Shown here piece by piece: positions 19,264-29,209 of a stretch of 50,006 nt of DNA. How positions within the stretch are numbered: position 1 is the stretch's first letter; every line of letters begins with the position of its first letter. The DNA lies in NCBI GenBank assembly GCA_965648915.1, contig CBFGIV010000013.1, positions 1 to 50,006 on the forward strand, in the 5' to 3' direction. The position numbers and the translations under genes were made by a program. The notes under the pieces are model-generated. The model saw only the letters and a program-made list of their open reading frames with translations. It had not been told where the DNA came from and did no database searches. The stretch is from a candidate division WOR-3 bacterium. GTDB lineage: Bacteria; Hydrothermota; Tepidihabitantia; SM23-42; CAYGYG01.

Positions 19264-20559
19264 ATGATCGACAGTAAACGAATTGAAGAGTTAAATAGAT
19301 TGATGAAACGGGTTACGGATCTGGAAGCCAAGGGCGAGATCGAAAAGGCAATTGAAGAACTGAACCGGGCACGCAAGACCTTTCCCGAAGATGGCAATCT
19401 CCTGAATCATCTGGGCGATTTATATATCCGGGTGAATAAAATAAAGGAAGCGGTTGAGGTTTATGAATTAGGGGTGGTGGCTTACCGGAATGATACTTTT
19501 TATCGTAATGCGATCGGTCTGGGCAAAAAAATTTTAAGGCATGCTCCTGACCATATTGAAATGTATCGCATTGTTGGAGAATTACTTATTGAATTGGGGC
19601 AGAGGGGTGATGCTGCTGTCTACTACCTCAATTATCTCGAAAAACTGGAGAGTGCCGGGCGTATTAAAGAAGCAGTCGAAACCTGCAAAAGTGTATTAGG
19701 GATGGGGATGAGTGATCCAAGATTATTAAAGAAGATTGATGAGATCTATCTTGCTGCCGGACTAAAAGAGAAGAAGAAGATCGATGTTAAAGAGGTGATT
19801 AGATTAAAAGACACTCCGCCCCCTAAAGAAACTCTGCCTGAAGAAAAGATTGAAGAAAAAGAGAAACCGACAGTTGAAAAATCTACGATTGCGAAAGAAG
19901 AGAGGCGTTTCGAGCCAGAAATTCAGGTGCCGGTTAAGGCTCAAAGAGCTGAAGGGTTATCGGCCGATGTTGCTGGTGTCCTCGAAAAGGCGATAACTAA
20001 TTTTTCAGAAAATCAGAAGAGCATAATAAATCTCTTCCAGGGTTCACTGGAGAGACAGATCGGCAATTTAACTCAGATCATTGATGATCTGAAGACCTCA
20101 TCCCATACCTATACGCGGGAGACTGAGAAGATAATTTCGACCCTGGCCAATTCGGTAAATAATTTTATTGAGAAGCAGGAGAAGGCTCTGCTTTTTCTGG
20201 CGGACAATATCAGATCGAGTTCTGAGAAACTGGTCGAGAATATCCAGGAGAGTATTAATCAACTGGGGACAGAAACAAGACGTTATTCAATCGATACCAA
20301 GAATGCCTATGAAGATTTAAGCACAAAATTTGAGAATTCTTTTAATGAATTGAATAAGACCACCCAGGCTTTAAATATCGGATTGAGTGAATCGAAAAAT
20401 GCCGTAAGTAAACTTGAAACTTTTCTGATTGACCATTTTTTACGCCAGACTGCCGAAGAGAAGAAGAGGCAGGGGTTAAACCGTTTATTTATAATCCTGG
20501 TTACCGCCGGGCTCTTTATTATTGCAATACTTTTATTGATACTGGTTATTAAAGGTTAA
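19264..20559 (+). CDS. TPR-repeat protein with long helical region and C-terminal TM anchor
   Basis: N-terminal TPR-like repeats (LNHLGDLY, YRIVGELL), charged linker, coiled coil and hydrophobic tail. Confidence 0.75.
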   Translation: MIDSKRIEELNRLMKRVTDLEAKGEIEKAIEELNRARKTFPEDGNLLNHLGDLYIRVNKIKEAVEVYELGVVAYRNDTFYRNAIGLGKKILRHAPDHIEMYRIVGELLIELGQRGDAAVYYLNYLEKLESAGRIKEAVETCKSVLGMGMSDPRLLKKIDEIYLAAGLKEKKKIDVKEVIRLKDTPPPKETLPEEKIEEKEKPTVEKSTIAKEERRFEPEIQVPVKAQRAEGLSADVAGVLEKAITNFSENQKSIINLFQGSLERQIGNLTQIIDDLKTSSHTYTRETEKIISTLANSVNNFIEKQEKALLFLADNIRSSSEKLVENIQESINQLGTETRRYSIDTKNAYEDLSTKFENSFNELNKTTQALNIGLSESKNAVSKLETFLIDHFLRQTAEEKKRQGLNRLFIILVTAGLFIIAILLLILVIKG

Positions 20560-20592
20560 AAATCGATTTTTGTTAGACAATAAGGAGGATAA

Positions 20593-21579
20593 ATGGTTAC
20601 CAGAGTGCTGAGCAGCCTCTTGATTATTATAATCTTCTTATCCGGTCAGGCAAAGGGCCAGGATAGTTCCCGGGTGACCAATGTGATTGATTTTGACCTG
20701 CAGGGCAAACCGATTACAAAAGAAGAGATTGAAGGTAGGATGGGTCTTGATAACCGGCTCCGGATGGTATTGGTTTCTACCCCACTCTCTACAGAGCTGG
20801 GCTACATTACTTTCTGGCCGATTGCCTGGTGGATGGGCTGGGCGGCGACTGGATTTTCGGTCGATGTTGAATATGATCCCTGCACTGGGTGTCCAACCGG
20901 TTGCACGCCGATCATAAATGAACCGGTGCGCGTGGCCACGCTGGCCACGGGGACAGCATCGACAACAGTTGTCGGTGGAATACTGGGCTATCACTTTGGC
21001 GCATTACTCGATAAGAGATTCGCCGTCGAGGAGATAAAGGCAGCAAGGGCTCTACAAATTGGTGAACCGGGGAAATTAGTTCCAACCGGCATCTGGTATC
21101 TCGGCGCCGGGCAGGTTGAGTATGGTTATGAAAATCTGGAAAGATTTGGTTTGATTAGAATAGCCTATATTTTTCCTTCGATCCGATTGGGACTGGGGAT
21201 CAACGGACCGTCAAATTTAGGTTTTCACCGGGCGAAAAGAACCAATGAGTTTCAATTATTCAACTTCCCGTTTCGTTCGGTCCTGGGGATGAGTGTCTAC
21301 ATTATGCCTTTTTATAGTCCTAAGAAGATCGCCGGTTGCCATTTTCTCAATGCTTCATATATTTATGGCTCAATATTTAATTGGAATGTAAATGAAGAGA
21401 ATGTTGGTAATGGCTACGATGTTGGCCTTGGTTTAACCGGGGGGCCGTTAGTTGCCTTAAAAGCAGGCTTACTCATCATCCCGGAAGAGATTAATGCCCG
21501 GGACTACAGACCCTACCTCTCATTGGAAGCAGCCCTGGGATCATGGTTTTATAATGTGAAGTATAAGAAGATTAAATAA
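20593..21579 (+). CDS. Hypothetical exported or membrane protein
   Basis: AAGGAGG SD, signal peptide, CTGCPTGC motif, Gly-rich helix and beta-rich C-terminal half. Confidence 0.65.
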   Translation: MVTRVLSSLLIIIIFLSGQAKGQDSSRVTNVIDFDLQGKPITKEEIEGRMGLDNRLRMVLVSTPLSTELGYITFWPIAWWMGWAATGFSVDVEYDPCTGCPTGCTPIINEPVRVATLATGTASTTVVGGILGYHFGALLDKRFAVEEIKAARALQIGEPGKLVPTGIWYLGAGQVEYGYENLERFGLIRIAYIFPSIRLGLGINGPSNLGFHRAKRTNEFQLFNFPFRSVLGMSVYIMPFYSPKKIAGCHFLNASYIYGSIFNWNVNEENVGNGYDVGLGLTGGPLVALKAGLLIIPEEINARDYRPYLSLEAALGSWFYNVKYKKIK

Positions 21580-21588
21580 TAAATTAAT

Positions 21589-23694
21589 ATGGCGATTGAA
21601 GAGATTAGAAAGCGGAGCGGGGTGATAGAAAGATTTAATCCTCAGAAGATTAAAGATGCAGTATTGAAATCTTTCATTGCAGTGAATAAAGGTGATGAAC
21701 CGGCTGCGATCCGGGTTACAGAAGAGGTGGTTAATTGCCTTGAACAGAGGTTTCGTAATAAAGTTCCCTCAGTTGAAGATATCCAGGATATTGTCGAAGA
21801 AATTTTAATCAAACAGGGTCATAACCAGGCGGCCAAGGCCTATATTGTCTATCGAGCAAAACGTTCTGAATTGAGAGCCGCCAAGAAATTTGTCGGTGTC
21901 CAGGATGATTTAAAACTTTCGGTGAATGCCGTGAAAGTCCTTGAACGCCGTTATCTATTAAAAGATGAGGAGGGGAATGTACTCGAGACACCGGGTGAGA
22001 TGTTTCAGCGGGTCGCCCGGGCCGTGGCTGAGGTTGATCGTCTCTATCGGTCAAGTGTGGATGAAATAAGAGAAACTGAAGTAAAATTTAATGAAGTTAT
22101 GTCCCGACTCGAATTTTTGCCCAATTCACCAACCCTTATGAACGCAGGCACGGATATGGGGCAGTTATCAGCCTGTTTTGTCCTGCCGGTTGAAGATTCC
22201 ATCGATGGCATATTCAATGCCCTTAAATATATGGCATTGATCCATAAGTCGGGCGGAGGTACTGGCTTCTCATTTTCAAAACTGCGACCCAAAGGCGATA
22301 TTGTCAAAACTACCAAAGGGGTTGCTTCGGGCCCGGTCTCTTTTATGAGGATATTCGATGTGGCAACCGAGGTCGTTAAACAGGGAGGACGGCGCCGGGG
22401 TGCCAATATGGGTATCCTGCGGGTTGACCATCCGGACATTATCGATTTTATCACCTCAAAAGATAGTGAAGGGATGCTGGCCAATTTTAATATTTCAGTC
22501 GGCGTTACTGATGAATTTATGGAAAAGGCAAATAAGGGCGAGGATTATGAGCTTATCAATCCGAGGACTAAAAAAGTAGTGTCAAAACTTAATGCCCGTC
22601 AGGTTTTTGACCTGATCGCCACAACTGCCTGGCGGTGTGGTGAACCTGGAATGATTTTTCTTGATGAGATAAATCGTCATAATCCTACTCCCGAGTTGGG
22701 GGTGATTGAAAGCACCAATCCCTGTGGTGAAGTTCCACTACTTGCTTATGAATCTTGTAATTTGGGGTCGATCAATTTAGTAAAGATGGTCGATGGTAAA
22801 GATCTCAACTGGGATAGACTCCAGCAGGTAATTGAGATCGCAGTCCATTTTCTCGACAATGTCATCGATGCCAACCGGTATATCCTTCCTGATATTGAAA
22901 AGATAACCAAGGCCAATCGTAAAATTGGTCTGGGGATAATGGGGTTTGCCGATATGCTGGCAGTGCTTGGGATTCCTTATGATTCAGAAGCGACCCTTTT
23001 AATGGCTAAGAAGATTATGGAATTTATCAACCGTAAGGCCCGGGAGAGTTCACATAAGCTAGCTATCAAGCGCGGCCCGTTTAAGAATTTTTATCAGAGT
23101 ATCTGGTCAAAGAAATTTGACACGATGCGGAATGCAACTGTAACGACAATTGCTCCAACCGGGACCCTGAGCATTATTGCCAACTGCTCGAGTGGTATTG
23201 AGCCGATCTTCGCTCTAACTTATGTTCGGGATGTAATGGAGGGAACAAAACTTTTGGAAATCAATCCAATCTTTGAAAAGATTGCCCGGACCAGGGGCTT
23301 TTATAATGACGACCTGATGATGGTTATAGCCAAGACCGGGTCGATCAGAGGTTTGAAGGAGATTCCCGAAGATATCCAGACCGCTTTCCCAACTGCTTTT
23401 GATATTGAACCGACCTGGCATGTCAAGGTCCAGGCGGCTTTTCAGAAGTTTACTGACAATGCGGTATCCAAGACGGTCAATTTACCCCATAATGCAAGCA
23501 TTGAAGATGTCCGGACTGTCTACTGGCTGGCATATAAATTGAAATGTAAAGGGATTACGATCTATCGTTATGGCAGTAAAAGAGAGCAGGTATTTTATAT
23601 TGGACCGGAATTGAAGAGAGAGAGGGGCGAAGGGTATACCAGGGCCAATTCAGAATTCTCCGGCGGCTGCCTCGATCGCATCTGCCCGGTGTAG
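21589..23694 (+). CDS. nrdJ: Class II (adenosylcobalamin-dependent) ribonucleotide reductase with N-terminal ATP cone
   Basis: ATP cone (IRKRSG...VEDIQDIVE), PNSPTLMNAG, SACFV, TNPCGE, CNLGSINL and TIAPTGT motifs; C-terminal Cys pair; no adjacent nrdB. Confidence 0.92.
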   Translation: MAIEEIRKRSGVIERFNPQKIKDAVLKSFIAVNKGDEPAAIRVTEEVVNCLEQRFRNKVPSVEDIQDIVEEILIKQGHNQAAKAYIVYRAKRSELRAAKKFVGVQDDLKLSVNAVKVLERRYLLKDEEGNVLETPGEMFQRVARAVAEVDRLYRSSVDEIRETEVKFNEVMSRLEFLPNSPTLMNAGTDMGQLSACFVLPVEDSIDGIFNALKYMALIHKSGGGTGFSFSKLRPKGDIVKTTKGVASGPVSFMRIFDVATEVVKQGGRRRGANMGILRVDHPDIIDFITSKDSEGMLANFNISVGVTDEFMEKANKGEDYELINPRTKKVVSKLNARQVFDLIATTAWRCGEPGMIFLDEINRHNPTPELGVIESTNPCGEVPLLAYESCNLGSINLVKMVDGKDLNWDRLQQVIEIAVHFLDNVIDANRYILPDIEKITKANRKIGLGIMGFADMLAVLGIPYDSEATLLMAKKIMEFINRKARESSHKLAIKRGPFKNFYQSIWSKKFDTMRNATVTTIAPTGTLSIIANCSSGIEPIFALTYVRDVMEGTKLLEINPIFEKIARTRGFYNDDLMMVIAKTGSIRGLKEIPEDIQTAFPTAFDIEPTWHVKVQAAFQKFTDNAVSKTVNLPHNASIEDVRTVYWLAYKLKCKGITIYRYGSKREQVFYIGPELKRERGEGYTRANSEFSGGCLDRICPV

Positions 23695-23807
23695 TTGATT
23701 CGGAAAAAGAAAGAGACCAGATTAAAATCAAGGAAAGTTTACAAAAAATTACATATTGAATGATTGATGATTATTTATTTTTAATTTGTTCCCTTGAGTA
23801 GAAGTTT

Positions 23808-25409
23808 TTATCCTCCCATTACAAATTTGTGAGATCGATTATAACCATTGCCCTTAATTCTGATGAAATAGATACCAGGAGAAAGGCGGGAAAGTTGATC
23901 AAGCCTTTGACGATAAGACCCGGCTGAAAGGAAACCCTGATTTATAGTCTTAATCTTCTGGCCGAGACTATTATAGATTATTATATCGTAAACCCCAGGC
24001 TTTGCTATTTCAAATTCAATGATCGAATGATCGAGCCCGGGATTGGGTTTGATCGAGAGGCTTCTAATGAGTCTTATTTTTTCATCATCATCAATACTAC
24101 CGCTGGATCTATAGCCGATATATGTATCCTGATTGCCATTACGGGTGTCGGTCCAGATCGGAACGACATTGCGACGCGAAGAGGCTGCTACCCCATTGTA
24201 TTCGCCGATCCAGCCGGCAAATTGCCCGGCCAGGGGTTTTGCTGGATCATAGGGCTCGATCTGTTTATCCTTGTCCAGCCTTAAATCAAAGGATACGGTC
24301 GTTACTCGCTCATTTGGTGACCAGGTATTACCGCCATCGGTGGATTGGGTTAGATAGAGATCACAGAGAATATTGTTCGGGTCGAGTCTTGAGTCATAAA
24401 AGATGACCGAAATGCAACCGGTTTTATCTACGGTTAGCCAGGGATGGAATTGGTCGATGTGGTTATTCAGAGGGTCATCATTAATTCTGCGCCTTGCACT
24501 CCAGGTCTGCCCGCGATCAGTCGAACGGGTGAAATACATATCTGGATAGCCATCCGGCCCATTATCCATATAGGCAATGTAAATATAACCATTATATGGA
24601 CCACCAGTAATATCGACATCCATAGCAGGATAAGAGAAGGTGAGAATTTGTCCACCTTTTAGATAGCGAGATTGTGAGGTATAGGTCTGAACGGTGCGGT
24701 CAGTGCCCCAGGTCATACCACCGTCGGTTGAAAGGTCAAAACGAATTGAACTCGGCCCACACCACGCAACATAGACTTCACCGTTTGGTCCAACCGCTGG
24801 CACCGGCCATTGAAAACTGCCACTACCATCGCTGACCCGCACTGGTGTTGACCAGTTGAAACCACGATTGGTTGAACGGGTTAGCATTATATCAACTGCA
24901 TAGAATCTCGCCCAGGCAACATAGAGATTTCCCCGGTAAGGGCTTGAGGTTCGATCACAGGCAATTAATTCTTTATCTTCAAAGACACCCGGGACCTGAT
25001 TGATTACCGTGCGTGGTGCACTCCAGGTTCGACCTTTATCAGTCGATTCGAAGACGAAGAAACCGTTTGGTTCTGAAGTAGAATTAAAAGAGAGAATAAT
25101 GGCAAAGAAATTGCCATTGGCATCGACCGTCATACCCGGATCCGAATCCCAGTTATAAGTCGGTTCGACAAAGAGGGTCTCAGCGATCCAGGTCTTTCCG
25201 CCATCGGTCGTTGCGGCATGGCCGACCTGACGATAGCCGACGCGGAAGTCACGCCAGTCACAGACAAAATTTAAAGAATCGGTAGGATTAACAGCAATCT
25301 GCTGTTCATTTTGAACCTGGGTTGTCTGGTCTTTATTTACCCGGACATTGATAAAACCCTGACTTAGAACAATCTGGAAAGATACGAACATTATTAACAG
25401 AATCTTCAT
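23808..25409 (-). CDS. Secreted BNR/Asp-box (sialidase-like) beta-propeller protein with T9SS type A-like C-terminal domain
   Basis: AGGAGG SD before ATG 25409, signal peptide, multiple STDxGxTW boxes and a PNP...IYNSLGQ...PGIYF tail. Confidence 0.85.
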   Translation of the reverse strand: MKILLIMFVSFQIVLSQGFINVRVNKDQTTQVQNEQQIAVNPTDSLNFVCDWRDFRVGYRQVGHAATTDGGKTWIAETLFVEPTYNWDSDPGMTVDANGNFFAIILSFNSTSEPNGFFVFESTDKGRTWSAPRTVINQVPGVFEDKELIACDRTSSPYRGNLYVAWARFYAVDIMLTRSTNRGFNWSTPVRVSDGSGSFQWPVPAVGPNGEVYVAWCGPSSIRFDLSTDGGMTWGTDRTVQTYTSQSRYLKGGQILTFSYPAMDVDITGGPYNGYIYIAYMDNGPDGYPDMYFTRSTDRGQTWSARRRINDDPLNNHIDQFHPWLTVDKTGCISVIFYDSRLDPNNILCDLYLTQSTDGGNTWSPNERVTTVSFDLRLDKDKQIEPYDPAKPLAGQFAGWIGEYNGVAASSRRNVVPIWTDTRNGNQDTYIGYRSSGSIDDDEKIRLIRSLSIKPNPGLDHSIIEFEIAKPGVYDIIIYNSLGQKIKTINQGFLSAGSYRQRLDQLSRLSPGIYFIRIKGNGYNRSHKFVMGG

Positions 25410-25570
25410 AAAGCCTCCTTGTTGAGTAAGATTCAGCATTGATCAAGACCAAGCAATTACTGATCATCTGAATATCGGCAAATTATAAGATATTAAAAAG
25501 CAAAATTCAAGAAGAATTTCTCTTGACACTGTAGATTATTTACATTATATTTTGTCTGGATGGAGGATAA

Positions 25571-28500
25571 ATGAGGGTTTTAATTTTCAATATCTCGGCT
25601 GTATTTATCTTTGGTCAGAATTTCTGGATTGAGACAACCCAGAGGGATTTCAAAGATGGGATTTTTGAGAAGAATATTTATTCCTCACATCGCTGTTCAA
25701 ATCTTGACCCGGACAGCGGTGCAGTAGAGTTTGTCCCGTTGTTTGATTTGAATAATGATAGCTTCATCGACCTCGTAATGTCTAACTGTTTTACAACGAG
25801 TTATGTCTATTGGGGGAGTGATTCAGGATACACACAATCAAACCGAACTGCCTATTGCCCAAACCGGGGTGGGAACTGTGATGGAGCTGATCTCAATACC
25901 GATGGATATCCAGAACTGGTAATGATCAACTATCCCTATTTAACAATCTACTGGGGTAGCTCTTCTGGACCAGATCCAAACAGCCGGTTTCAGTTCAATC
26001 TCTACTATGGCTCAAATGAGGCGACGGTTGTAGCCGATTTTAATAAAGATGGTTATCTGGATATCGTTGCCGAGGCATACACATCTTCTACTTCCGCAAT
26101 ATTTTGGGGTAGTAGAAGCGGTTATTCAGAAAGTCGCAGAACCGAGCTGCCAAATGTAGGAGGGGATCACAATGCAGAGGTTGGCGATTTCGACAGAAAC
26201 GGATGGCTTGACATACTGTTTTTATCGATCAACGGGAGCAATACTGTATACTGGGGGAGAAGCAGTGGGTTTTCTCCGCTGGATAGAACCATATTACCAT
26301 ATTACACAGGTATTTCTCACGGTTCTTCAGTAGCTGATTTAAATCGCGACGGATTTATTGATCTTGTTTTTACAACCTATGCCGGTGGTGGTACAGCAAC
26401 AATATATTGGGGCAGTTCTACTGGCTATAACACATCTAACCGCACAACTCTCAATCCCGGTGGTTGTTTCGGTGGAAGTTCAATCGCATATATGAATTCA
26501 GACCAATATCTGGACATAGTCTTCTTCAGAGGTTATGGTAATGTGCAGAGGCCTCTAATCTATTAGGGTAGTGCTTCGGGATATTCTGATTCAAACCGAG
26601 GCGAAGTCGGACCAGCAATTGATTGTGCCAATGGTTTTATTGCCGATTTAAATTATGATGGGCATCTTGATATTTATTTAAATCGCTGGAATGGTGATTA
26701 CAGCTATATCACCTGGGGCCCTTCTTGGACGACCTGGCAAAGCCTGCCCAGTGATTACAGCGGGCATGGTATGTTTCGTGAAATCGGCAATGTCTACAAT
26801 CGCCAGTACTATGAGGACTACATCTCTTCGGTCTTCAATGCGGGCGATACAGTTAACTGGGGTCAGGTGGCCTGGCTGGATAGCACACCTGCTGGAACTG
26901 AGATTCGAATGTATGTTCGCAGTGGTAATGATTCAATCCCTGACAGTCTCTGGTCGGGTTGGGTGGAAGTCCGAAAAGGCGATTCTATTCCCGATTCATT
27001 AAATTCAAGATATTTGCAGTACAAGGCGGTTTTGAGTTACACAACTCTAGCGCGGTTCCCGGTCTTATGGGAAGTAAGTATCAGTTATGGTCCAAGGGCC
27101 TATATTGTTGTCGATCCGGACCAGGCTGGTTCGGGTTGCCCCCGTCAGGTCAAAGTCTACGATTTACATATCATCAACAATAGTTTTGCGGCAGATACGA
27201 TCTGGCTATCAAGCCGGCACAGCCATCCCCGGTTCCAGGTCGAGATCCATGATTCAGCCGGACCAATCATCGATTATGTCTTTTTACCGCGTGGTGGGCG
27301 GAAGAATATTCAGGCCCAGGTCATCATTCCGGACAGTATTTTATACCAGACCGTGGACACGACCTATATCATTGGTCGTTCCAACTCCCATCCGGCATTA
27401 CGGGACAGTGCCCGGCTCATTACCAGTGTTGAATTCAGTGGTAATATTTCAGTTGACCCGGACTATTATGATTCGCTCTATGCCGGTGATTCAATCCTTT
27501 ATCGGTTGACCGTTCAAAATAATACCAATCTTGCTGATACGATAAGATTGAGCAGTTATCATACTTTGCCTGGCTGGCAGGCGAAGATAGTAGATGGTCT
27601 GGGTAATATAATTGATCGGGTTTATCTTCGGGCTTTGGGTGGTCAGGTCTATATTGGTGTCTGGGTCAAATCACCACTGACTGCACCGTTGGGCGAGACC
27701 GATACGACCATTGTTCTTGGCAATCTCAGGACCTTTCCTCAGGTTAAAGACAGTGCTGAGTTAAAGACCAGAATCAAGACCCGGGGTAATATTTTAATTG
27801 AACCCAACCAATCCAGTAATATTTTACCCGGTCAGACGATAGCCTATCAATTAGTTGTGATCAATCTTGGAAATACCAGAGATACGGTTGATATCACCTC
27901 AAGACATACAAGACCAGGGTGGTTGGTCGGTCTCTTTGATTCGACCGGGATAAATCCCTTAATCGATCATAACAGCAATGGTATTCCGGATATTGGTGAG
28001 ATTTTACCTCAGGACAGTGTAAAGTTTATTGTCAAAATTACCGCGCCCGCAAATGCTTTAATGGGGCAGATTGATACCACTTATATCCGGGCAACTTCCG
28101 GGATGAACCCGAGTATTTATGATGAGGCAGAACTTAAGACTCAGGTTTTGGGGCAGCCCAATCTTTCAGTTGAGCCTGACCAGACTGACAGCACATTGCC
28201 CGGAGCCAGTATCAATTACCGGTTGAAGGTGAGGAATCTTGGTAACCTTTATGATCTAATTGATTTATATAACCAGGGCACGCGTCCGGGCTGGACGGTT
28301 CGCCTTCTGGACACCTTAGGTAATTCATTAATTGACCACAATGGGAATGGATTGGTCGATGTTGGTCCATTACCGCCATTTAATGGTGAGATTGGGATTA
28401 TTGCTCAGGTCACACCACCCTCAAATGTTTTGCGGGGCGTGGTCGATACGACCCAGATCTGGGGTCAATCCGGAACGAACAGTAGTGTGCGGGAGCGGGC

Positions 28501-29209
28501 GGTATTAATGACCATAATTGCTGGTGATATCATAAGTCTTTTAGTTGAGCCGGAATGCACCAATCGGGTCGAACCAGGTGGTAGTGCGGTTTATCGACTG
28601 GAGGTCAAGATTGATGGTAATATCAGTGATGTTGTGGATATTGATCTGGTGCGTCTGCCCGGGGGCTGGGTTGCAGAGGTATTTGATAGCAGTAGCAACA
28701 ATCGGCTCATCGACACTGATTTTGATAATAAGATCGATGTCGGTGAGGTAAAGCCGGATATTAAGAAAGAGTTTGTGGTTAAAATAACCGCGCCTCCCTG
28801 GCGCGGTTTAATCGGTAAGGTTGATTCATTGACTGGGAGTCAGATAGCAGTTTGGGGTTATTCTTCACGCAAGGCTGGACTTAAAGATAGTGCAAGTCTT
28901 AAGACCTTGATTGTTCCGCCTTTAGATGTGCATAATTATGCAAGTCCATTTAAGGAGCGGACCCAGTTTATCTTTTCGCTGCCGGATAATGGTCGGGTTG
29001 ATTTAGAGATATACAACCGGGCAGGAGAGTTAGTTCGGGTATTGATTCGTAATGAATATTACAACTTCGGGATCCATACCAGGCCCTGGGATGGCCGGAA
29101 TGATGCCGGCAAGCGGTGTGCGCCTGGTTTATATCTCTATCTCTTCAGTTTTCGCGGGAGCGACGGTAAACTACAGAGGATACAGAAAAAGACGGTGATT
29201 GAGAGATGA
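25571..29209 (+). pseudogene. Large surface protein (FG-GAP-like propeller, Ig-like repeats, FlgD/T9SS tail) interrupted by one in-frame TAG at 26564-26566
   Basis: ORFs 25571-26566 and 26771-29209 are in the same frame. The intervening DNA continues the repeat (IY*GSASGY...ADLNYDGHLDI). The TAG sits at the Trp of the repeated YWGS motif. Confidence 0.8.

Noticed and set aside
26564..26566. Pyrrolysine or genome-wide TAG reassignment
   Set aside because: TAG ends several full-length conserved genes here, no pyl genes are present, and the position corresponds to Trp.
25571..28900. CRISPR or tandem DNA repeat array
   Set aside because: The repeats are at protein level only, with degenerate DNA. 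No identical spaced repeats were noticed in the window.
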